From the NCBI GenBank assembly GCA_029941485.1, contig JAPYOZ010000001.1, positions 1-62,662 of the forward strand: DNA of 62,662 nucleotides, read 5' to 3'. The notes under the pieces were generated by a model that made no database searches, had not been told where the DNA came from, and saw only the letters and a program-made list of their open reading frames with translations. This document shows, piece by piece, positions 20,234 to 30,109 of this stretch. Both the position numbers and the translations under genes were made by a program. How positions within the stretch are numbered: the stretch's first letter is position 1; each line of letters opens with the position of its first letter. Source of the stretch: Gammaproteobacteria bacterium. GTDB lineage: Bacteria > Pseudomonadota > Gammaproteobacteria > PS1 > Pseudothioglobaceae.

Positions 20234-20734
20234 ATGATTATTGAAGACGGCAAGTTTGTTGAACTTATTTATAAGGTAATCGACAAAAAAACTAATGACG
20301 TCTTATCCGAGGTTGAGTTTCCACTTGGATACATTCAGGGTATTAGTGAAATTTTATCACCAGAGGTAACGGCTAGTTTAGTTGGACAAGCTCAAGGCGA
20401 TATTGTTGAACTTCCCGTTGATGTGGATCAAATATACGGCCCTAGAGATGAATCTTTAGTGACAACCATGCCGATAGATGGCTTGGATGAAGATCTAAGA
20501 AAAGTCGGCACCATGATTCCAATGGAGAACAAGAAAGGTGAGCGTATAAACTTTACAGTAACTCGCATTAATGAGAATTCAGTCACAGTAGATGGCAACA
20601 ACCCGCTTTGTGGTCGAGAGGTTATTTTTATTCTTGAGATAATCACAGTTCGAGAGCCTACGGATGAAGAGGCTAGACTAGGTGGCCCTATTGACGAAAC
20701 TCCTGACATTGCAAACACACAATCAATACATTAA
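20234..20734 (+). CDS. FKBP-type peptidyl-prolyl cis-trans isomerase (SlyD-like)
   Basis: SlyD-like N-terminus (KFVELIYKV...), insert-in-flap region, 'GNNPLCGREVIFILEI'. The start may be 20222. Confidence 0.75.
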   Translation: MIIEDGKFVELIYKVIDKKTNDVLSEVEFPLGYIQGISEILSPEVTASLVGQAQGDIVELPVDVDQIYGPRDESLVTTMPIDGLDEDLRKVGTMIPMENKKGERINFTVTRINENSVTVDGNNPLCGREVIFILEIITVREPTDEEARLGGPIDETPDIANTQSIH

Positions 20735-20739
20735 TTATT

Positions 20740-21075
20740 ATGGACTTTACACAATCAGAACTTGACACTATTCAAAAACACGTTGATGATCGCTGGAGAG
20801 AAAAAGATCATGGCGTTCATTTGGGTGATATTGAGGTGGATGGAAAAGAACAGCCAGCTGCTGTTTGGGAACACAAACATTACACTTTTATTGTTATTAA
20901 GCTAGGTGCTTTTAATTATCGAAGCTTGTTTTATTTTTTACGTGATAAGCGTTTTGATGCCGGTGTTGATGAGTACAACGATTTAGATGAATGTGTTGAT
21001 TCTATTATGAAGGCGCAGGCAGATTTTTCGCTTTCTAAAAGTACAAATGCGCTTAAGCCTAAAAAAGATAAATAA
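20740..21075 (+). CDS. hypothetical protein (111 aa)
   Basis: ORF 5 nt after the FKBP gene, followed by a terminator. No family recognised. Confidence 0.55.
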   Translation: MDFTQSELDTIQKHVDDRWREKDHGVHLGDIEVDGKEQPAAVWEHKHYTFIVIKLGAFNYRSLFYFLRDKRFDAGVDEYNDLDECVDSIMKAQADFSLSKSTNALKPKKDK

Positions 21076-21096
21076 ACCCAGGTCTTTCGAAGTCTT

Positions 21097-21126
21097 TAAA
21101 AAGGATGCTGTTTAGCATCCTTTTTT
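21097..21126 (+). terminator. intrinsic terminator
   Basis: A-run, GGATGCT-GTTT-AGCATCC, T6. Confidence 0.8.
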
Positions 21127-21178
21127 ATTGGCGCTTCTAAATACGATAATAGTGTTGCATATTTAGCCGCCTAAACCT

Positions 21179-21187
21179 TGATATAAT
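21179..21187 (+). promoter_or_regulatory. extended -10 promoter element (TGaTATAAT) for the YeeE gene
   Basis: TG-N-TATAAT 32 nt before the ATG. RBS GAGGA follows. Confidence 0.55.
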
Positions 21188-21218
21188 CCCATCAATTATA
21201 TTTTTTGAGGAAAAGTGT

Positions 21219-22376
21219 ATGCTGTTACCTGTTTTAGGCGAACTCAGCGAAGAGATTGTTGCGCTATTTTTTGTTATTTTCTGTGTTTCTATTATTTTTG
21301 GTGCGGTAGCACGTAAAACTGACTTTTGCCCCTTAGGCGGTATTGCAGACGTTGTCCATAGTGGCAATACAGGGCGTTTATCAATGTATTTCTTTGCAAT
21401 TGCCACTGCGGTACTTGGTGTTACTATTTTTGAAGCGCTAGAGATTATTAGCGCAGATAGCACACGTCCTCCTTATAGGATGAGCCAGTTTCGTTGGCCG
21501 GCTTATTTAATTGGCGGCGCGTTCTTTGGTATTGGTATGACTTTATGTCGTGGTTGCGGCATGAAGAGTATTCTTAATTTAGGCGGTGGCAATCTTAAAG
21601 CTATTGTGGCAATTTTAGGTATGGGTGGTGCGGCCATTTTAATGTTGTATGTTGATGGATTTTTTAACGATTATTTCTTGTCTTGGGTCTTGCCAGCTTC
21701 ACCTAATTTAGATGATTATGGTTTTGAAATGCAAGATTTAGGTACGATTTTAGGTGACCTAATCGGTGTTGAAACTTCCACAATGCGTATTGTTATTGGA
21801 TTGACTCTGTCGTTATCAATCATGAGTTTGGTTTTTAAAAGTAAAGACTTTGTTGCTAGACGCGATAACTGGATTGGCGGTTTTGTGGTGGGTGCATTGA
21901 TTGTTGGTGCTTTTTATATTTCTGGTGGTCCTATTGGCGAGTTGGCCAATGAAGCGTCAGATTTTAGCGACAACCCTCAGTATGGCATGGGCACTCAATC
22001 TTATACCTTTATTCGACCAATAGGCGACCTGCTCTATATCGTCTCAAACCCAGAGTGGTACATTCTTACTTTTGGTTTGGTGGCTTTCTTAGGTGTGGGT
22101 ACAGGTTCGGTATTAATTTCTATTGTAACCAGACGCTTTAAAATCGTTTGGTTTGATTCTATTGGTGAGGCGCTACGTTATGCTGTGGGTGGCGTGATGG
22201 TCGGTATTGGTGGTATTTTAGGCATGGGCTGTACTTTGGGCCAAGGTGTTGCCGGAACCTCTACTTTGTCATTAGGCTCGTTTGTGGATCTATTTGCGCT
22301 TATGCTGGGTGCTTATATTGGCATCCGTATGCAAAAACAATTCATGAATGACCATGAGGTACCTAAAGCAGATTAG
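21219..22376 (+). CDS. YeeE/YedE-family sulfur-compound (thiosulfate) transporter
   Basis: Polytopic membrane protein with conserved Cys motifs 'CRGCGMKS' and 'GCTLGQG'. Confidence 0.85.
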   Translation: MLLPVLGELSEEIVALFFVIFCVSIIFGAVARKTDFCPLGGIADVVHSGNTGRLSMYFFAIATAVLGVTIFEALEIISADSTRPPYRMSQFRWPAYLIGGAFFGIGMTLCRGCGMKSILNLGGGNLKAIVAILGMGGAAILMLYVDGFFNDYFLSWVLPASPNLDDYGFEMQDLGTILGDLIGVETSTMRIVIGLTLSLSIMSLVFKSKDFVARRDNWIGGFVVGALIVGAFYISGGPIGELANEASDFSDNPQYGMGTQSYTFIRPIGDLLYIVSNPEWYILTFGLVAFLGVGTGSVLISIVTRRFKIVWFDSIGEALRYAVGGVMVGIGGILGMGCTLGQGVAGTSTLSLGSFVDLFALMLGAYIGIRMQKQFMNDHEVPKAD

Positions 22377-22392
22377 CTACTTTCTATAGGCG

Positions 22393-22423
22393 AAAAAAAA
22401 GGCGTGCAATAGCACGCCTTTTT
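22393..22423. terminator. bidirectional intrinsic terminator between the YeeE gene and hppA
   Basis: A8-GGCGTGC-AATA-GCACGCC-T5. Confidence 0.85.
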
Positions 22424-22439
22424 ATTATCTTTTAATTGA

Positions 22440-24467
22440 CTATCCCAATAAAGGAGTGCCTAATAAAGGAATAATCATGATTGCAACAATGTTGATAATC
22501 TTGATCAGTGGGTTGATCGCAGGACCAGCCGTATCTTTATACGGGTCACCTACAGTATCACCAGTCACAGCAGCTTTGTGTGTGTCTGATCCTTTTCCAT
22601 GGCCTTCACCCAGTTGACCGTCTTCGATGTATTTCTTAGCGTTATCCCAAGCACCACCACCGGTAGTCATTGAGATAGCAACAAAGATACCGGTTGCAAT
22701 AGAGCCGATTAATAAGCCGCCTAATGCTTCAGCGCCTAGTAGTAAACCAACAGCTACTGGGAATAGAATCGGAAGCATTGATGGTACGATCATTTCTTTA
22801 ATTGCAGATTTAGTTAGCATGTCAACGGCTTTAGAATAGTCAGGCTTTTGTGTGTAATCCATAATGCCTGGCATCTCTCTAAACTGACGACGTACTTCTT
22901 CAACAATGCCACTTGCTGCACGACCTACGGCTTCCATTGCCATAGCGCCAAATAAGTAAGGTACTAAGCCACCTAAGAACAAACCGATAATAACCCTATG
23001 ATCTGATAATTCAAATCTAATGTCTTTAAATTGTTCTATGAGTTGTAACTCGTTAGTAAAGTCAGCAAATAATACCAATGCTGCTAAACCTGCAGAACCA
23101 ATCGCGTAACCCTTAGTTACCGCTTTAGTTGTATTACCTACCGCATCTAAAGGGTCAGTAATATTACGAATCTCTTCAGGAAGGTTTGCCATTTCAGCAA
23201 TACCACCCGCGTTATCAGTAATAGGACCATAAGCGTCTAGTGCAACAATAACACCAGTCATAGACAACATAGCAGTTGCCGCAATAGCGATACCGTATAA
23301 GCCACCTAATGCATGTGCACCCCAAATACTAGCACAAACGGCTAATACGGGTAGTGCGGTAGATTTCATTGATAAGCCAATACCAGCAATAACATTAGTA
23401 CCATCACCTGTTTTAGAAGCTTCTGCAACATGTTGTACTGGTCTACGTTCAGTTGCAGTGTAGTATTCAGTAACCACAACCATCCACGCAGTCAGCGCTA
23501 AACCAATCAGAGAAGCGTAGAATAAATTCATACCCATGTTCATGTCGATAGTAACAAAGTAGAATGCAATTGCCGCTAAAACTGCAGAAACAATTAAACC
23601 TTTGTAAAGCGCACCCATAATCGATCCACCATCAGATACCTTGACAAAGAATGTACCGATAATTGAAGCAATGATAGATACTGCACCTAGTGCTAACGGA
23701 TAAAGAACTGCCTCTTCAGGTAAACCAGTAAGAATACCGCCTAACATCATCGTTGCAACGATGGTTACTGCGTAAGTCTCAAATAAGTCAGCTGCCATAC
23801 CTGCACAGTCACCAACGTTGTCACCAACGTTGTCAGCTATTACTGCAGGGTTACGTGGATCATCTTCTGGAATACCAGCCTCAACCTTACCAACAATATC
23901 AGCACCAACATCAGCGCCCTTGGTAAAGATGCCGCCGCCTAAACGAGCGAAGATTGAAATAAGTGAGCCACCAAATGCCAAGCCAATCAATGCGTGTAAC
24001 GCCTCTTTTTGTTCTACGCCATTAGCAATCATGCCAGCATAATAGCCAGCAACACCTAGTAGCGCCAAACCAACCACCAACATACCAGTAACCGCACCAC
24101 CTCTAAAAGCAACTTGGAAAGCGGCGTTCACGCCATTCTTGGCAGCTTCTGCTGTGCGAGAGTTAGATTTAACCGATACGTTCATACCGATATAACCCGT
24201 TAAACCTGATAACACAGCACCAATTAAAAAGCCAATACCAACAGTCATTCCTAAAAAGTAAGTGATCACAGCTAACAATACAACACCGACCATGCCGATA
24301 GTTGCATATTGACGATTAAGATAGGCTTTGGCGCCTTCTGCAATCGCATCTGAAATCTCTTTCATTTTGTCACTACCTGGTGATTGTTTGTAAATCCAGG
24401 TCATTGTGTATAAGCCGTATAAAACAGCGATGATTGAGGCACCAATGGCCATAGTTAATGTATCCAT
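22440..24467 (-). CDS. hppA: K+-independent H+-translocating pyrophosphatase
   Basis: 675-aa membrane PPase. The 'GNTTKA' motif (Lys rather than Ala) is the K+-independent signature. Confidence 0.95.
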   Translation of the reverse strand: MDTLTMAIGASIIAVLYGLYTMTWIYKQSPGSDKMKEISDAIAEGAKAYLNRQYATIGMVGVVLLAVITYFLGMTVGIGFLIGAVLSGLTGYIGMNVSVKSNSRTAEAAKNGVNAAFQVAFRGGAVTGMLVVGLALLGVAGYYAGMIANGVEQKEALHALIGLAFGGSLISIFARLGGGIFTKGADVGADIVGKVEAGIPEDDPRNPAVIADNVGDNVGDCAGMAADLFETYAVTIVATMMLGGILTGLPEEAVLYPLALGAVSIIASIIGTFFVKVSDGGSIMGALYKGLIVSAVLAAIAFYFVTIDMNMGMNLFYASLIGLALTAWMVVVTEYYTATERRPVQHVAEASKTGDGTNVIAGIGLSMKSTALPVLAVCASIWGAHALGGLYGIAIAATAMLSMTGVIVALDAYGPITDNAGGIAEMANLPEEIRNITDPLDAVGNTTKAVTKGYAIGSAGLAALVLFADFTNELQLIEQFKDIRFELSDHRVIIGLFLGGLVPYLFGAMAMEAVGRAASGIVEEVRRQFREMPGIMDYTQKPDYSKAVDMLTKSAIKEMIVPSMLPILFPVAVGLLLGAEALGGLLIGSIATGIFVAISMTTGGGAWDNAKKYIEDGQLGEGHGKGSDTHKAAVTGDTVGDPYKDTAGPAINPLIKIINIVAIMIIPLLGTPLLG

Positions 24468-24570
24468 TACTTTCTTTTCTCCTTCCTATGATTGTATAAA
24501 TTTGCTCAGCGGTAATTATAGTTAATTCACCTTCAACGAACAAGATAATAATATAATAATTTAGTTAAAT

Positions 24571-24584
24571 TTGACCCAAGTCAA
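24571..24584. promoter_or_regulatory. FNR/CRP-family type dyad TTGAC-CCAA-GTCAA upstream of hppA
   Basis: Perfect TTGAC-N4-GTCAA with the same half-sites as the aprM site. About 105-117 nt upstream of the hppA ATG. Confidence 0.55.
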
Positions 24585-24602
24585 GTATTATTACAGTATT
24601 TG

Positions 24603-25763
24603 TTACTTCCCCCAATATTTAGTCTCAATTCCACGTCCAAGATCGGCTTCGATTAGTCGTGATCTTAGCTTTAACAACTTTTCAATTAAGGCTGGTTCTG
24701 CTTTTTCATAAGCTTGTATATCCGGTGTTCGATTAACCACTACACCTAAAAGCTCGGTAATGGCATTGCCAATTGAATTTTGTGAAATGGTTACAATTAA
24801 TTTACCTTCATCATTGCGATAAATGAGTTGCTTAAAAGCTGGTTGCCAACGAATACTGGATGCGTATTTAGCATCATTGATGCATTTATCACGAACCTTT
24901 TTAGCGGCCGATAAAAAACAATTGTTGAATAAAAGTGTTTTTTCAATCTGTTTTGGGAAGTAGGCATTTTTAGGCACACCAGAATTTCTACTGGATACTT
25001 GTGCAAAAAAGGTACGATAGAAATCTAAAAATCCCTTTAGAATTTTGTCGTATTCTTGCCAAAAATCAATATTTTTTAAACTGTCAATGCCACCAATAAC
25101 CTCCCAACTAGGGAGCCCTTGTGGGTATCCAGTTAGTGAAAGACTTGATGCTTCACCAGTAATCGGCTTAAGGGTTTTCAAATCAAGAGTCGATAAAAAT
25201 TCAACGTAAACATCCTGCATGTAAGCTGCAAATAAAGAATGTTGCCCACCATCGGTTAGATTTGGATTTTCCGTATCAGCCAGTTTTGAATTTTGTAACT
25301 CTTTTTTATCAAAAACAATGAAGTGATTATGCAGCATACGAATACTGGGTACACCGGTAGAGGTAATTGGCCAAGTGGCATCAAGTGATGCTTCACCGGC
25401 AAGCACTAAGTGTTTTTTAGGGTCCGGATAATGCTCCAACATAAAACCAATAATAATTTGGTTCATCCGATTCCAAACCTTTCTAACATTGCTGGGTAAT
25501 TGTGTACGGCGAACAGCTCTACCCAAAGGATTTAAAACGCTTTGCGAGGTGTTGTAAATAATTGAACAATCAAACTCATTTGAGTGGCCTAAGGCTTTAC
25601 GATAAAGCAATAAGTCCTCATCGTTAGTGAGTAAGCCATTATTTTCTGTGAGGTCCTTTAGATTTTCTGGTGAGTTAAAAAACTCATTAGGCTTCATTCC
25701 TTCAGGAACATCCAAAGGGATGGGTCTGAAAGGTACGTCGATTTCTCTTGGTCCAGTTGTCAT
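24603..25763 (-). CDS. uncharacterised 386-aa cytoplasmic protein
   Basis: Long ORF with no TM helix or signal peptide, between adk and hppA. Contains 'SIRMLHNHFIVF' (an HxH motif). No family confidently recognised. Confidence 0.7.
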   Translation of the reverse strand: MTTGPREIDVPFRPIPLDVPEGMKPNEFFNSPENLKDLTENNGLLTNDEDLLLYRKALGHSNEFDCSIIYNTSQSVLNPLGRAVRRTQLPSNVRKVWNRMNQIIIGFMLEHYPDPKKHLVLAGEASLDATWPITSTGVPSIRMLHNHFIVFDKKELQNSKLADTENPNLTDGGQHSLFAAYMQDVYVEFLSTLDLKTLKPITGEASSLSLTGYPQGLPSWEVIGGIDSLKNIDFWQEYDKILKGFLDFYRTFFAQVSSRNSGVPKNAYFPKQIEKTLLFNNCFLSAAKKVRDKCINDAKYASSIRWQPAFKQLIYRNDEGKLIVTISQNSIGNAITELLGVVVNRTPDIQAYEKAEPALIEKLLKLRSRLIEADLGRGIETKYWGK

Positions 25764-25781
25764 TTATCTATTGTCATAGTC

Positions 25782-25814
25782 AAAAAAGGCTTATGCCCTA
25801 TTATGACATAAGCC
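25782..25814 (-). terminator. intrinsic terminator after adk
   Basis: On the minus strand: GGCTTATG-(11-nt loop)-CATAAGCC followed by T6. Confidence 0.7.
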
Positions 25815-25836
25815 CCATTGTTTAGTAAACCAAGGC

Positions 25837-26559
<723 letters not shown>

Positions 26560-27804
26560 TTAAACTTCAAATGGCGGTAGTTTTTTCTCAGCCATTTCTT
26601 TTTTCATCACCACATAATCCGGCAAGCCGTTTTTATACGGAGGATAGTTCTCACCTTCGATAAGCGGTTGTAGGTATTCACGACATGCAGCCGTAATACC
26701 AAAGCCATCATCAGAGATGTATTCCATTGGCATCATTTTTTCAACGTTAGCAATATCTTTCAATTCGCCTGAGCCAATTTCCCAAGTGTATGGGTTGTTT
26801 GAAGTACGGATAATGGCTGGCATCACAGAGTTTTTACCTTCTAGTGCCATATTAACAGCTGCTTCACCTAGTGCGTAAGCTTGCTCAACGTCAGATTCTG
26901 ATGCTAAGTGACGCGCCGAACGTTGTAAGTAATCTGCAACTGCCCAGTGGTATTTATAACCTAGCGCATCTTTGATTAAGTTGGCAACTACTGGAGCTGC
27001 ACCACCTAGTTGTGCATGACCAAAGTCATCACGTGTGCCTTGCTCTGCTAAGAATTTACCATCTGGCCATTTAGTACCTTCAGAAACAACAATCGTACAG
27101 TAGCCAAACTCTTTAACGTTTTTATCAACTTTAGATAAGAACTTAGTCTCATCAAAATCAATTTCTGGGAATAAGATAACCACTGGGATTGAATCATCAA
27201 CCAAACCACCCGCTGCTGCAATCCAGCCCGCGTGACGACCCATAACTTCAAGTACGAAAATCTTGGTAGAAGTTGCAGCCATTGAAGCAACGTCAAAGCT
27301 AGCCTCCATAGTAGAAACAGCAATGTATTTAGCTACTGAGCCAAAGCCTGGGCAGTTGTCTGTTACTGGTAAGTCGTTGTCAACTGTTTTAGGCACGTGA
27401 ATCGCTTGAATTGGGTAACCCATAGATTCAGATAATTGAGAAACTTTTAAACAAGTGTCAGCTGAATCGCCACCACCGTTGTAAAAGAAATAACCAATAT
27501 CGTGCGCTTTGAACACTTCGATCAATCTTTCATATTCTGCTTTATTCGCTTCTAAAGATTTCATCTTGTAACGACATGAACCAAAGCCACCAGAAGGCGT
27601 GTGTTTTAGCGCTGAGACATCAGTAGCTGATTCTTTAGATGTATCAATTAAGTTTTCAGTGAGTGCGCCGATAATGCCATTTTGACCAGCATAAACAGTG
27701 CCAATTTTGTCTGAATTTTTTCGTGCAGTTTCAATTACACCACAAGCGGAAGCATTAATCACGGCAGTTACACCACCAGATTGAGCGTAGAAAGCGTTTT
27801 TCAT
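26560..27804 (-). CDS. pfp: pyrophosphate-dependent 6-phosphofructokinase
   Basis: PFK family. 'PKTVDND' (Lys instead of the Gly of ATP-PFKs) is a PPi-type signature. I prefer the ATG at 27804 over the TTG at 27822. Confidence 0.85.
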   Translation of the reverse strand: MKNAFYAQSGGVTAVINASACGVIETARKNSDKIGTVYAGQNGIIGALTENLIDTSKESATDVSALKHTPSGGFGSCRYKMKSLEANKAEYERLIEVFKAHDIGYFFYNGGGDSADTCLKVSQLSESMGYPIQAIHVPKTVDNDLPVTDNCPGFGSVAKYIAVSTMEASFDVASMAATSTKIFVLEVMGRHAGWIAAAGGLVDDSIPVVILFPEIDFDETKFLSKVDKNVKEFGYCTIVVSEGTKWPDGKFLAEQGTRDDFGHAQLGGAAPVVANLIKDALGYKYHWAVADYLQRSARHLASESDVEQAYALGEAAVNMALEGKNSVMPAIIRTSNNPYTWEIGSGELKDIANVEKMMPMEYISDDGFGITAACREYLQPLIEGENYPPYKNGLPDYVVMKKEMAEKKLPPFEV

Positions 27805-27886
27805 CGTCGTACCCTTATTCAATTAAAATCAAAAAATTATACCCATAGCTGTTTTTCAGCATGCTGTTTTATAGTGATATTGGAAT

Positions 27887-27904
27887 ATATCCCATTAGGG
27901 GTAT
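27887..27904. promoter_or_regulatory. inverted repeat ATATCCC-ATTA-GGGGTAT in the pfp/fbp divergent promoter region
   Basis: 7-bp arms with one G-T position. Resembles the sat-upstream dyad. Confidence 0.4.
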
Positions 27905-27951
27905 GTTAAACTTATAAGTATTGTTTTACTTAAAAAGGACGTACCCTCTCT

Positions 27952-28941
27952 ATGAAAAGATTAGATCAAGTATTATCCAATGACGGTGTGTCAGCTGAGC
28001 TAGAGCTTGTTATTAAAGACACAATGGTGGCATGTAAAGATATTGCCTATAAATTAGGCCAAGGTGAGCTAGCCGGTATTTTAGGTGCAACTGAAGATGA
28101 AAACATTCAAGGGGAAACTCAAAAGATGTTGGACGTTATTTCTAACGATCTTTTAAAAGATATCCTTTGCGCTAATCCTTATGTTAAAGGTGTAGGCTCT
28201 GAAGAAGAAGACTATACAATTGCCGGCCATGCTGATGGTAAATATTTGGTAACCTTTGATCCATTGGATGGATCTTCAAATATCGACGTTAACCTTTCTG
28301 TTGGAACGATTTTCTCTATTCTAGAGGCGCCTAATGACAACCGCACTGGTGACGATCAGGCTGTTTTCTTACAGCCTGGTAATAAGCAAGTTGCTGCCGG
28401 TTATGTTTTGTATGGCCCTTCTACATTACTTGTCATGACAACGGGTAAGGGCGTTAATTTATTCACACTAGACACTAACGTTGGAGAGTTTGTTCTAACC
28501 AAAGAGCAACTAAAAGTTACCGAAGACACTGCTGAATTCGCAATCAATATGTCTAACCAACGCTTTTGGGAGCCAGAGATGCAACAGTATATTGATGACT
28601 GTCTACAAGGTGAAGAAGGACCTCTAGGAAAACGTTACAACATGCGTTGGGTTGCTTCTATGGTTGCAGAGGTTCATCGTATTCTGATTCGAGGCGGTAT
28701 TTTTATGTACCCTTATGACAGTCGCGATCCAACCAAAGCAGGCAAGCTTCGTCTAATGTACGAAGGCAACCCGATGTCTATGATTGTTGAGCAGGCTGGC
28801 GGTCTTTCTTCTACTGGTCGTATGTGTATTATGGACGTAGAGCCAAAAGACATTCATGACCGTGTGCCGGTTATATTAGGTTCAAAAAACGAAGTGACTA
28901 AAGTGGTTGCTATGTTTGGTGACTATATTCCTAAAAAATAA
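27952..28941 (+). CDS. fbp: class I fructose-1,6-bisphosphatase
   Basis: 'DPLDGSSNID' metal-binding motif, FBPase class 1 over the full length. Confidence 0.93.
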   Translation: MKRLDQVLSNDGVSAELELVIKDTMVACKDIAYKLGQGELAGILGATEDENIQGETQKMLDVISNDLLKDILCANPYVKGVGSEEEDYTIAGHADGKYLVTFDPLDGSSNIDVNLSVGTIFSILEAPNDNRTGDDQAVFLQPGNKQVAAGYVLYGPSTLLVMTTGKGVNLFTLDTNVGEFVLTKEQLKVTEDTAEFAINMSNQRFWEPEMQQYIDDCLQGEEGPLGKRYNMRWVASMVAEVHRILIRGGIFMYPYDSRDPTKAGKLRLMYEGNPMSMIVEQAGGLSSTGRMCIMDVEPKDIHDRVPVILGSKNEVTKVVAMFGDYIPKK

Positions 28942-28973
28942 AAGCTTATTTTTTACTTTAAAAGTTAAAGTGT

Positions 28974-29450
28974 TTAGTTAAAAACATAAGGGGTGACGAT
29001 CCATTCTTGATCGTCATTTACTTCAAGCACCAAACATTTGGCACCGCCATGATTTCGAATTTCACCTGATGCGCCTGGGTTAATTACCCAAGGCGTGGAT
29101 TCTTTATCAATAACTTGTTTATGCGTGTGCCCATAGATAACTACTTTAGCATCTGCATAAGCCAATCTTAATGATTCGTGCGATGGTTTGTGGTGTCCAT
29201 GAAGGTGTCCATGCTCAATGGCAATTTTGCCACTTGGAAACTCAAGAAATTCAATCGAATTGAGAGAGGTGATGTGATCGTCGTTATTGCCTTTAATGGC
29301 AATGAGTTTTTGTTTGGGCTTTAGCTGGCTTAAAGTATTCTCATTAATGATATCACCTGCATGAATAGCAATATCACATTGGTTGGCGATCTTAACAACT
29401 TCAGGATGAATAGCCCCATGAGAGTCCGACAATATACAAAGTTTTGGCAC
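28974..29450 (-). CDS. YfcE/MJ0936-family metallophosphoesterase
   Basis: 'ILSDSHG', 'HAGD', 'GNND' and 'GHTH' calcineurin-like motifs. Confidence 0.85.
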   Translation of the reverse strand: MPKLCILSDSHGAIHPEVVKIANQCDIAIHAGDIINENTLSQLKPKQKLIAIKGNNDDHITSLNSIEFLEFPSGKIAIEHGHLHGHHKPSHESLRLAYADAKVVIYGHTHKQVIDKESTPWVINPGASGEIRNHGGAKCLVLEVNDDQEWIVTPYVFN

Positions 29451-29654
29451 GGTAAAATTAAATATAAAACAAAGCGTGTAATTATACTTAAAACTTTAAT
29501 TTTTCTTGCTAAAACAACTATTTGTAATACCAACAAAGATAGTCGGTATTTTTTAAATAAAACAATGCAATATTGTCGGCTTTAATAGGCATAATATGTG
29601 CGTTCGTTTAGCGAATAAAGTTTAAAAAAAGAATTAAATAAATAGGAGATCAAC

Positions 29655-30059
29655 ATGGCAGTATTATTTTCAGATGAGTGGATGAATCAATTAAAAGACG
29701 CTTGGAATGGTTCGGATGAAGTACGCGGTAAGTTAGCAGAAATTAATTTTTCATCAACTATCGCTTGTGGCTTTAAAGGCGATGGCACACCAACGGGTAT
29801 TTTTGTGGTTGAAAACGGCGAGTGTGTTCGTGCAGGTGGTTTTGACGGCGAAAGTGCTGATTGGGACATGCGTGCAGACAAGAAAAACTGGATGAAATGG
29901 TTAGACAAGCCTTTAGGTATGGCGTCAATGGGCATGGCAGTCACAATGGGTAAGTTAAAGTTTGAAAAAGGTGATTTTGGTTCAATGATCAAAGATCCTA
30001 GAATGGCAACACCATTCGTTAAAAGCTTTGCTTTAATGGGTGCAATTGGCGGTGAGTAA
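29655..30059 (+). CDS. SCP2 (sterol-carrier-like) domain protein
   Basis: Strong RBS TAGGAGA, followed by a terminator. The sequence pattern resembles small SCP2-fold proteins, a family call made from memory. Confidence 0.55.
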   Translation: MAVLFSDEWMNQLKDAWNGSDEVRGKLAEINFSSTIACGFKGDGTPTGIFVVENGECVRAGGFDGESADWDMRADKKNWMKWLDKPLGMASMGMAVTMGKLKFEKGDFGSMIKDPRMATPFVKSFALMGAIGGE

Positions 30060-30082
30060 TTGTTGACCAACTAAGCACGATT

Positions 30083-30109
30083 AAAACCCGCCTTTATGGC
30101 GGGTTTTTT
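30083..30109. terminator. bidirectional intrinsic terminator
   Basis: A4-CCCGCC-TTTAT-GGCGGG-T6 between convergent genes. Confidence 0.85.

Noticed and set aside
29451-29654. The largest intergenic gap (204 bp), inspected for an ncRNA or riboswitch
   Set aside because: It holds only a weak imperfect stem (ACCAAC...GTCGGT) with a T-run. No conserved-looking structure or known riboswitch core was recognisable by eye.
29687-30070. 127-aa minus-strand ORF nearly coextensive with the SCP2-like gene
   Set aside because: The plus-strand ORF has a strong RBS (TAGGAGA), a terminator and a plausible globular sequence. The minus-strand product is Pro/Ser-rich with no start context.
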